Of a stretch of DNA of 64,000 bases, positions 10,501-16,000 are shown piece by piece (positions within the stretch are counted from its first letter, which is position 1; each line of letters starts with the position of its first letter). The position numbers and the translations under genes are program-made. The DNA comes from a virus. The notes beneath the pieces were generated by a model. That model ran no database searches. It was not told where the DNA came from and saw only the letters and a list, made by a program, of their open reading frames with translations. The DNA lies in the IMG/VR virus record IMGVR_UViG_3300024308_000006, positions 1-64,000 of that record; one strand, 5' to 3'.

Positions 10501-13500
10501 TGCCGCTGGCCTGCATGTAGCCGCGAATCTCGGCCGGCGTGCGGGTATCCTCCTTCATGCTTATCGGACTGAGAATGCCGACCAGTTCGCCATTCAGCCG
10601 CACCTGCAAAGCGCTGTAGTCGCCGCGACTGTTCGGCTCGCCGGCGAAGAACTCCGCGCCCTTGAACTTGCTCAGGAAGTAGCGGACGTAATTCAGGTTC
10701 AGATAGACCGCAGGCTCGCCTTCCTTGCGGGAAAAAACGGCCTGCTTGCTGTCCTTGAGGTCGGGCCGATCATTGATCGCCAGCGGCTCCAGTTTCACGG
10801 CCGCGCGGCCGGCATTGGAGCCGGCCACCACATTGGCCACCGCATTCTCGTTGATGGTCGTGCGCAGCCTGTCCATGCGCTCGGCCCAGCCTTTCAGGTG
10901 CGGCTCGCTGCCGGACAGGTCGATCAGGTGCCCACTGGCCGAATAGACCGTTTGCCCCTGGAAGGTGCCGGTCATCCAGTTAGTCACCTTGGCTGCGGTC
11001 GGCTTCACGCTCAGCTCGCGCAGGTCGGCGGCCTCGTAGCCGTCGCGCTTGGCCTGGGCCTCGGCTTCGGCGTCGGCCTTCTCCTTGGCCTCGGCATCCT
11101 TCACCAGCTGCTCGGCGGCGCGCTCGTTGGCGGCAGCGGTCTGGCGCATCTGCTGGATGGCATCGCGCGCTGTCTTGACCAGAGCCTCGTCAATGCCGAA
11201 GCGCTCCGCGTCGAAGGTGCGCGCGTCGTACAAGGCCATATCCCGGTTGAAGCTCTCCAGCGCCTTCGCCGTGCGCTCGGCAAAGCGCTGGGCGCTGGCC
11301 AGGTCAGAAACGGCCGGCGGGTTGCTTCCTGGGTATGCGGTATCAACCTTGTACGGCTCTTTCACCAGGGCACGCCCCATCAGGCTCGCCAGGTCTTTGC
11401 CGGTGCCCTTCTCGACCTCTGCCATGAAGCCCATCACCGACTGCCAGCGGTTGTACACATCGGCCGGCTTCTCGCCGGTGGCGCCGGCGACTTTGGCGAA
11501 GGCGATCACCTCGGGCATTTCGCCGTGGCCTTCGCTGCGCAGTTGCTCAAAGCGGGCGGCCGGCGTGGCCGGCTCAGCATCGGCGCTTGCGCCAGTTGCG
11601 CCAGTTGCGCCAGTTGCGCCATTTGCGACATTTGCGACAGCCCCCGCAGCGGCTGGCTCCAACTCGTCGCGCACCAGGGCGGCGGCATAGTCGTGCGCCG
11701 TCTTGCCCAGGTCGTAGTCGTTGACGTAGTAGACCGTTTTGCTGCCGGCCTGCTGCATGCGCTTTTCGTGCATGCGCTGCTCGGCCTCGGTCGCCCGGTT
11801 GAAGTCGCGGCGCGACATAGGCTTGATTCGCGGCTCTTGGCTGGTCGATACCGACAACTCGCCGGCGGCGTGCCACGCCTCGATATGCTCGCGCAGGGTT
11901 GCGGCCTTGCCGTCGATACGAATTTGCTTGTTCAGCGCCTTGATCGCCAGGGCGGCCACGTTGGGGGCCATATCCTTGACGTAGTTGTCCAGGCTCGGCG
12001 AGGTGGCGGCCGCTTTGGCGGCGGCTTCTGCTGCCTCTTGGTCGGCGCTGGCCTGGCCGCGGTTGCGCTGGCGGTATTCGACGTACCAGTCGAGGTCGGC
12101 GTCGGTGCGCTCTTCCGGCGGCGTGGCCTTGATTCGGGCCACACGCTCAGCGTCAGATTCCTGGGCCGGGGCTTCGGCCGCAGCTGGGGCGGCGTCCAGC
12201 TCAGCCAGCGCTTTGCGCACCTCGTCGGGGTTGTCCATACCCTCGATAGAGACGCCCTGGTCTTCCATGTTGTCGCGGGCGCCGTTGTACCAGCCGCGCA
12301 GGTACGGGCGAATCTTCTCCAGTGGCTGCCCCAGGTCATCGGCCATCAGGCGCGCGAACTCGGCGAAGCGGCGGGCGCTGGCTTCCAAGTGGAAGATGGC
12401 CAGCTCGGTGCCCATGGCCAGAATCTCGGGATCGAGCCCGCTATTGAGCTGGGAACCGTTCAGCTTGGCGGCGAGCTTGGAGCGCAGCTCGGCGGCACGG
12501 TCGGCCGTGACCAGCTTGTTCTTGGCGCCGTACTCGTCGGTTTTTTTCTTCCGCTCGCCGACCGCCGCGCTCTCGGCGCCACCTGCCTGGCCCTGCCGCT
12601 TGCGCAGGGCTACAGCGCCCGGCTCGCGGCGCTGTGCTGCGCCAAGCAGGGCGTCGAAGGTGAAGATATTGCCGGTCAGTTGCTCAACCACGTCGGCCGG
12701 TACGTCGAAGCGCTTGCCCAGGTCGGTGATTTCCGCATCTGACAGTCGGCGGCCTTGCTCAATGGCATGGTCGGCCATGGCTCGGGCTAGAGGCGCCAGC
12801 GAGCGGCCTTTGTAGCTGCCCTGAAACTCGTCGCCCAGCTTGCGCAGGTGCGCGGCGTATTCGTCGGCCTTGCGCTCGTCCACCTGCTCCGGAGTCTGCG
12901 CCGTCACTGGCGCTTGCGTCTTGACGCTCGCAGGTGCCGCCTCACTGCTGCTGTCGGTGGTCGAACTGGGGAACTCATGCGCCAACTTGACCAGCTCGCG
13001 GATCGGCGCGCCCAGGCTGATCACCTTCACGTCCTCGCCCTTCTCGCGCGCAGCCAGCCACTGGTGATGGCCGTCCAGCACATGACCGTCCTGGGAAATC
13101 AGGATGGAGCGGTTGCCGCCCTCGAAGTCGCGGGCCTTGGCCACCTTGTCGCGGGAAAACTCGGCCTGTGTCGGCCTGAGCGCAGAGGCCGGGACGGTGC
13201 TCTCCTGATGCTGCACGCCTCGGGCATTGAGGAAGTTGACCATCGCCCCGCGATGCTCGGCCTTGATCTGCGGCATCTCGGCGCGCGGAATGCCCACGGT
13301 GCCAGAGCCAGGGTGGAAGGCATACCAGCCGCCGCCTGTGTCGCGGCTCTCATGCTCCTGGCGGGCTTTCATGCGTGCTTCCAGTGACTCGACATTGCTG
13401 TGCTGGTCGGCGTCATGGATGCCCATAGCCTCGGCCTGAGCCACCAGCTCGCGGCTCGGCCTTGCCAGCAGGCGCTTGTTCTCTTGCATGCGCTCTATGT

Positions 13501-16000
13501 GAGGGTCTTTCACAGCCGGCTCGGCAGCCATTGCGGCAGCCAGCTTTTGCTGGGTCGCCTCACCAATGCGATCCCACGGTGCGCCGGGCAGGCTCTTGGC
13601 AAACACGGGCTTGACGCCCGACTTTTCAGCCAGCGCTTGGCGCTCGTCGCGGCTCATCGCCTCCCAGCGGGCGCCGTGGTCTACCCCTGCAGGGCTTCCT
13701 GCGGCTGTGGTTCCAGCTGCTTCGGCATCAGCGGTGGGTGCTTGGCCTCCCACTTGCGCTGATTGCGGGCTTGCTTCGACGGCTTGAGCGGCTTGCGGGA
13801 CATTCTCGGTTCCTTGAGTGGCGCGCTTGGCCTGCTCCTTCTGCAGCTTGGCGGTGCGCTTGTGGTCGGGGCCGTAGCGGTCGATGGCCTGGGCAATCTC
13901 CGCGTCGGTCATCTGCGGGATTTGCTTGGCGGTGATGGCCTTGATGTCGGCCGGCGCCATGGCATCATCGACCATGCTGCGCGGGCGCTCGCCGGTCTTG
14001 CGGTAATTCAAGGTGCTGACCGGATCGGCGAAGTCAAGCCTGGCGTCAGCTTCAAGCGCAGCAGCCTGGTCGGGGTTCTCGTTCAGCCATTGACGGGCCG
14101 CGCCAAGCGATTTCTCGATGTCGTTCAGCTCTGCACGCAACTTTCCAGCGCGCCCTGCGCGCGCCATGTTCGGCGAAGCCTCGTTTTCAGCAATGGCCTG
14201 CTCGATGTCGGCACCATCAGGAATCTGATTGCGCTGCTTGAAGTCGCTCAGGCGCGAGGCAAGCCAGCCGGATACGGCGGGGTGATCCTGCGGCTTGGCC
14301 TGCACCTTCTCGGCGCGCACCTTGGCGATACCCTGCTGCAACGGGGTCGGCTGGGAGACTTCCTGCTTGGCGGCCTCAACGGCGGCCGGGGCTTCGGCAG
14401 AAATGCTGATTTCCGGCGACTTGCCCATGTCGGCAATCAGTGAGTCGGTGGCGGCGCGGCTGGCGTCTGCCTCGGTGCCGCCCTGGCTCAATACCTGCCT
14501 GGCGGCCTGCTTCGCCTTGCCTGCCGGGGTATCCAGCGCGTCAAGCTCTGCGCGGGCTTCGTCGTGGGCCTGAATCAGCTTGTTGTCCCAGCCGCTTATA
14601 CGGGCCTGCTGCTCGATGTAGGAAATGAGGGTGGTCAGTTCCTCAGTGCGATCCGGTGCAGACTGGATGATTTCCCCGGTGTTCGTGTCGATCTGCTCGC
14701 CAGCCTTGGCGCCCTTCTTGGCTTCTTTCTGTGCCAGTTCGGCGGCTTGCTGCTCGGCAGCCTGTTGCGCCAGTTGCGCGGAAGCGCCGGTATCCACGGC
14801 GGTAGCAGCAGCATCGGACAGCGCGCCGGCAGCCGGATCAAGCCCCATTTGCTCGGATGGCCTGGCCGGGAAAGGTCGCTCAGTGCGGTACTGCGGCTGC
14901 ACCTGGCCAGGCGCCATGCCGGCAGCCAGCGGCTCGGCAGTTGGCGCCTGCGGCTCCGCCACGGGATCAGCGGCCGGAGCGGGATCAGCGGCAGGCTCAT
15001 CGCCCGCAAGCTCGGTTGGATCTACCACCGGGGCCGATTGTGAGTCATGGGCAAATGCACCCTCGACCGCGCCGAAGCCACCACCTGCCGCAGCGCCAGC
15101 CAAGCCTTCCAGCGCAGCCTGACCGGCAACGCCTTGCCAGGTCGGAGTATCAAAGCCTTCGTTCTGCAGGGCGATGTTCGACGCCAGGCGTTCTTGGCCG
15201 CCTTGCGCGGCCTCCAGCGGCGCCTCCTTCGCAGCGCCCAGCAGCGTGGATCGGATCACTCCCTGCGCAGCGGCCTCGCCGGCTTCATTACCCAGCATCC
15301 GGCCAACCACTCCTTCAACGCCGGTAGTACCTGCTGCAACGCCAAGCCCTGCGCCGAGCGCAATCTGTCCGGCGTTATCGCCGCCGTAAGCCTGCGCCTC
15401 TACGGCTCGGGCCTCTGCCTCCTCTGGCGTGGCGCCGGCATCAAGGTGCTGCTGCTTAACTGCGTCGTAGATGGCGCCTTTAACCGTGCCCGCGCCCTGC
15501 GCGGCACCCATTGCACCAGCTACCGGAGCGCGCAGTTTTCCGCGCGTCAGCGCAGTAGCCGCGATGGTCGGCAATGACGTGCCCAGCGCCTCGACAGTGG
15601 TGTCGATGGGCGCCTCGGCAAATGCGCCGACGTTCGCCTTCACTTCCTCCCAGGTGCTACCGGAAGCCTCGGCTTTCTTGATCTTCTCAGCGCGCGCGGC
15701 GCGCTCTTCGCGGCGGGCCTCCGTCTCGAAACCGCGAACATAGTCGGCGGCATCGCCGAGCTTCTGCGAAACCGCATTGCCAGCCCCGGCGGCATTGGCC
15801 AGGAGCTGGATGCCGGTAACGGCACCGGAGCCAGCAGCGACTGCCGTATCGCGCAGGGCGCCGCCAAACCCCTTAGCGGTGTCCGGTGCGTCCTCCATGA
15901 AGGAGTCAACTGCGCTTGTTTTCGCGGGAGTGTCAGAAACCGGCTCGTCCAGAAACTTGTCGATGTCGCTCACTGAGTACGATTCCTTATTGGTAGCCAA
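1628..16000 (-). CDS. Giant multi-domain (polyvalent-type) virion protein, 4790 aa
   Basis: A single uninterrupted 14.4-kb ORF with strong GC3 bias, containing ParB-like, MTase (EPSAGMG...NPPF), HExxH, ART-like (LYHGT) and PLxRFG motifs. The track start at 16000 is TTG with no SD. A GTG at 15973 is preceded by AAGGAA and may be the real start. Confidence 0.9.
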   Translation of the reverse strand: MATNKESYSVSDIDKFLDEPVSDTPAKTSAVDSFMEDAPDTAKGFGGALRDTAVAAGSGAVTGIQLLANAAGAGNAVSQKLGDAADYVRGFETEARREERAARAEKIKKAEASGSTWEEVKANVGAFAEAPIDTTVEALGTSLPTIAATALTRGKLRAPVAGAMGAAQGAGTVKGAIYDAVKQQHLDAGATPEEAEARAVEAQAYGGDNAGQIALGAGLGVAAGTTGVEGVVGRMLGNEAGEAAAQGVIRSTLLGAAKEAPLEAAQGGQERLASNIALQNEGFDTPTWQGVAGQAALEGLAGAAAGGGFGAVEGAFAHDSQSAPVVDPTELAGDEPAADPAPAADPVAEPQAPTAEPLAAGMAPGQVQPQYRTERPFPARPSEQMGLDPAAGALSDAAATAVDTGASAQLAQQAAEQQAAELAQKEAKKGAKAGEQIDTNTGEIIQSAPDRTEELTTLISYIEQQARISGWDNKLIQAHDEARAELDALDTPAGKAKQAARQVLSQGGTEADASRAATDSLIADMGKSPEISISAEAPAAVEAAKQEVSQPTPLQQGIAKVRAEKVQAKPQDHPAVSGWLASRLSDFKQRNQIPDGADIEQAIAENEASPNMARAGRAGKLRAELNDIEKSLGAARQWLNENPDQAAALEADARLDFADPVSTLNYRKTGERPRSMVDDAMAPADIKAITAKQIPQMTDAEIAQAIDRYGPDHKRTAKLQKEQAKRATQGTENVPQAAQAVEASPQSAQVGGQAPTADAEAAGTTAAGSPAGVDHGARWEAMSRDERQALAEKSGVKPVFAKSLPGAPWDRIGEATQQKLAAAMAAEPAVKDPHIERMQENKRLLARPSRELVAQAEAMGIHDADQHSNVESLEARMKARQEHESRDTGGGWYAFHPGSGTVGIPRAEMPQIKAEHRGAMVNFLNARGVQHQESTVPASALRPTQAEFSRDKVAKARDFEGGNRSILISQDGHVLDGHHQWLAAREKGEDVKVISLGAPIRELVKLAHEFPSSTTDSSSEAAPASVKTQAPVTAQTPEQVDERKADEYAAHLRKLGDEFQGSYKGRSLAPLARAMADHAIEQGRRLSDAEITDLGKRFDVPADVVEQLTGNIFTFDALLGAAQRREPGAVALRKRQGQAGGAESAAVGERKKKTDEYGAKNKLVTADRAAELRSKLAAKLNGSQLNSGLDPEILAMGTELAIFHLEASARRFAEFARLMADDLGQPLEKIRPYLRGWYNGARDNMEDQGVSIEGMDNPDEVRKALAELDAAPAAAEAPAQESDAERVARIKATPPEERTDADLDWYVEYRQRNRGQASADQEAAEAAAKAAATSPSLDNYVKDMAPNVAALAIKALNKQIRIDGKAATLREHIEAWHAAGELSVSTSQEPRIKPMSRRDFNRATEAEQRMHEKRMQQAGSKTVYYVNDYDLGKTAHDYAAALVRDELEPAAAGAVANVANGATGATGATGASADAEPATPAARFEQLRSEGHGEMPEVIAFAKVAGATGEKPADVYNRWQSVMGFMAEVEKGTGKDLASLMGRALVKEPYKVDTAYPGSNPPAVSDLASAQRFAERTAKALESFNRDMALYDARTFDAERFGIDEALVKTARDAIQQMRQTAAANERAAEQLVKDAEAKEKADAEAEAQAKRDGYEAADLRELSVKPTAAKVTNWMTGTFQGQTVYSASGHLIDLSGSEPHLKGWAERMDRLRTTINENAVANVVAGSNAGRAAVKLEPLAINDRPDLKDSKQAVFSRKEGEPAVYLNLNYVRYFLSKFKGAEFFAGEPNSRGDYSALQVRLNGELVGILSPISMKEDTRTPAEIRGYMQASGKAEVKPKSVVERAKEVKAESGAAAARFQVVAINERTGAKEYLSFGEPMTQDQAIKFKKRFSEHPARRIQLEAVTDTPAAKPESKRSVMEKAAEAKAQAVADYFAPGNVVPSYGGNFDRVVSYQAPDKDGHWSVTVRAVVKQDGEWIDKPGERERNHSTLPEARELKAGPAGKVEPVEADAAPQMWHTELPQEGIALTKEQREGKADAYRAISGMLATDAVNAITPVQLTNQTPLYLYVLPEASGRNGIARFVPDDQTVPAPWKKADDKPLSYALTREQMIYRTTEALRNQPVLGSVTRATGAGAERPGSRRDPRVVSMLNPYLEGDVVSIDGQDWTVRQDMPGWYLTNTGNWRGQHPTIHGIKDMADLIREVEQAATAQPADAAQDDAAADFPLKEAADSYSGISHSGSARAKADAEEYARYIDDARESGLAVAHTDAQKAAVAQAVADLRVEYLANYRRLMSVRAGTYSGHVAGRSGLNGKQANQRNNAYDRAIETFTAWQSANTHKARKAALDARTEAEKAADQAAADQAREDKAQKERDADLTLMRKILSWKKGGEPVAITKTAVLDGVNKGRDGYPTSIKLKPIDGSTLLDDKFDLAALFRDRKRGESVPESKRRVRELVNAVRAEAATEAAQEAQDQEQAPTKADSKMPLLQAHEDAMEQARDGKIEAEAFRAAFAQVEGNREVILAELNSMNKEKLLRAGGVHFYHRYKSEKKDRVVEALYRSMLDEYALGKSYGPTSYMMTAAGMESHRQAKAQALRDLVAGTDADALSQYAAEVAELRKERESRKEATQKALTDPQTLAEFRSAITYNAERHAETRREAYLRLTPEQRRRYDALEAESTREARDQAKAKQRTKIASAGNTTAGEVIATKHTKHGHDLFVVKLEERVSRDDYDTLNSSAKRMGGSYSSYRGNGAIPGFQFRTREAAEAFRKLVAGDTTAAQEVAQARRDAFEDDRSQSAVERLRTMAAALNERAEEELGRDRKVNTARRARMASAAEGAANANKALAGTMSNIADAIESGKAKFLDLVRQKVQVEFLNAELRNAKDAQIRAKYPSYADQERHRGQPIDDETVDYSAFPTYGGMRSDLAGIARQMIEVDGLKNLGQRLLKVADDVSDAYVEWAKNNLLSVSRFGRGDQLAEFASRDDAERAIRRANLSDRAIVLPLKRGVNRIVLSPSEAMKQGVWQGDDKRIDLSGDFGREIVEAVGRRAGSKIKLPWQLETVHAKRKRLEGMGIYTGSEYRAALREFAELQQAMATPDKIKQMERAMIGRRSDGLDFFPTSEAVVDAMLEAAEIAEGMGVLEPSAGMGHIADAIREKTGVEPDVVELSGERRELLQAKGYHLAGDDFMAMQPRTFYTFGDIFQAPDGTKGIMHGGAAWSGRASLHAINEDGSEGKMLGWYDRDELTGIEQRGSWSGYDRIVMNPPFSKGRDIQHVQHAYSLLKPGGRLVAIMGEGAFFQSNSAAEGFRAWLDDLGATSERLPENSFMDAALPVNTAVNARMVVIDKPATDTSGITADSARRAAVRARVAANNDNRADEDFLQGMLKALYEKTGDGVLEHKLSTWLDSRFQRLEAVDQLYAEYDKAFAGKDEVLFSRQSPVETAGLSQSSVVTGKAPANPLTLDEAIAAAERFLADYNGHIELSYRIRKTQDELYGPGSIAKIGVVKGAYHPGRGLFTLTADHLSSVADTVETLRHELLGHYGLDTFAPADKQALLDKILASKDDPTLKVVWSEISRLYSDKSDSVQAEEVFARLAEGERSGKEKLADLLYSLLTRLLRKVFGYKKGIITRRELLREIEVISKGIRNGSRPRQTFDSEAKQRRGAQTDTEAFRRWFGKSKVVGADGQPLNLYHGTAADFTVFDQGRAGSATGHATSALGIFMSSDRRAAQNYAEKASDGMPGYGRVMDLYASIQNPYLMSVEESQEVESPLEARRLRTRLEQQGYDGIRLKGTPVWIAFNNYQVKSATDNNGDFDEFDPDIRFSRSAVRDFASRATQELNRTFSAPGGLSWWHKTVGTMYNLAQRSPHFKPVFEAAQGFIDDVSHYASDAAELAPKLLPKLETWRDIAKSPVQAKDNKAISAPIFEGTLMWARDEDGKPVRVDSLAERAMGLTAEQKADILVKQGKLSASMLAAWRGQGAEQFAKMVDSRYETQSLKPGIVWTDAELRSMWHLTDGQIELYREFRGATNRSLDTMARADMLRFGGEDVKGLREQVMDAADVKEAGLILRDHLAQLADAQPERAMSLLDTAQGINERVERITQLQAEGYAPLSRFGKYTVDMVGADGERQYFSLFETKREANLMAEQMKAAFPGSTISQGTLSEEAFKLFAGITPETLELFGNAMGLDSSGDSERDKVFQDYLKLTKTNRSAMKRLIHRQGIAGYSEDVGRVLASFVYSNARQTAAGLNMGDLSEAVNAIPQGQGELKDAAVRLADYIKNPQEEAQALRGLLFAQYLGGSVASAFVNMTQPVAVTFPWLSQYGGAKQAAGELSKAAKQMATKGYRYEADLAKALHLAEEDGTVSPQEVHQLMAQASGTGGLRAGDGTRAGDARALASNSLARLSLAWGKMFGAAEEVNRRMTFIAAYRIAKAQGNADPAAFARLAVRETQFIYSKASKMRWGRGAVGSTLMTFKTYSVAYLELMGRLWNQGEAGSQERKDGRKAALLMIATLMLLGGAGGLPFAEDAEDLIDGMAQLAGYNFSTQKAKEQFLIDVFGDDIARFIDKGVTGLPGAPLDVSGRLGMGNLIPGTGLLQQRDDHSRDVLEIAGPAGDLVKRMISGAHKAASGDLAGGLLEVSPTAVRNLAKGADMAATDMYRDDKGYKVLDTNTLEAALKAVGFQPQSVASIQEANWLGQRSKAFYNMRAQEIRALWAQGVFEKDPAKVQDARAAVADWNAKNPDQPMRISVPDVMRRVREMGKSKDQRIADTAPRAMRQQLREDFARVRATIEE
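4540..4990 (-). other. ART-like (polyvalent-protein ADP-ribosyltransferase type) module within the giant protein
   Basis: FRRWFGKSKVVGADGQPLNLYHGTAADFTVFD...GIFMSS...GYDGIRL, with LYHGT encoded at 4916-4930. The pattern matches what I recall as the ART-PolyVal N-terminal signature. Confidence 0.5.
5150..5600 (-). other. Zincin-like metallopeptidase module (HExxH) within the giant protein
   Basis: TLRHELLGHYGLD, with HELLGH encoded at 5378-5395. The segment sits in a local low-GC patch of the gene. Confidence 0.55.
5958..6660 (-). other. SAM-dependent N6-adenine/N4-cytosine-type DNA methyltransferase domain within the giant protein
   Basis: Motif I VLEPSAGMG (6554-6580) and motif IV NPPF (6200-6211), then LLKPGGRLVAIM. 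The motif order (I before IV) has a ~90-aa insert between the two motifs. Confidence 0.8.
11587..11640 (-). repeat. Six copies of a 9-bp tandem repeat inside the giant gene
   Basis: TTGCGCCAG x3, then TTGCGCCAT, TTGCGACAT and TTGCGACAG on the + strand. These encode ...VANVANGATGATGATG... Confidence 0.9.
12972..13330 (-). other. ParB/sulfiredoxin-like domain within the giant protein
   Basis: Translated segment: LRPTQAEFSRDKV...ILISQDGHVLDGHHQWLAAREKGEDVKVISL. The DGHHQW motif is encoded at 13058-13075. This is the typical ParB N-terminal (DGHHR-type) signature. Confidence 0.7.

Noticed and set aside
11587-11640. Short tandem repeats checked as a possible CRISPR or ToxI-like array.
   Set aside because: The units are 9 bp, contiguous with no spacers, in frame within a coding sequence, and there are no cas or toxin genes nearby.
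2135-12742. Long + strand ORFs opposite the giant gene (e.g. 2135-4876 at 913 aa, 8909-12742 at 1277 aa, 6167-7105, 7295-8017, 8042-8863).
   Set aside because: They lie antisense to a continuous 14.4-kb ORF that carries recognisable domains and strong GC3 bias. Their translations are Arg/Gly/Ala/His/Leu-rich low-complexity strings, typical of antisense shadow ORFs in high-GC DNA.
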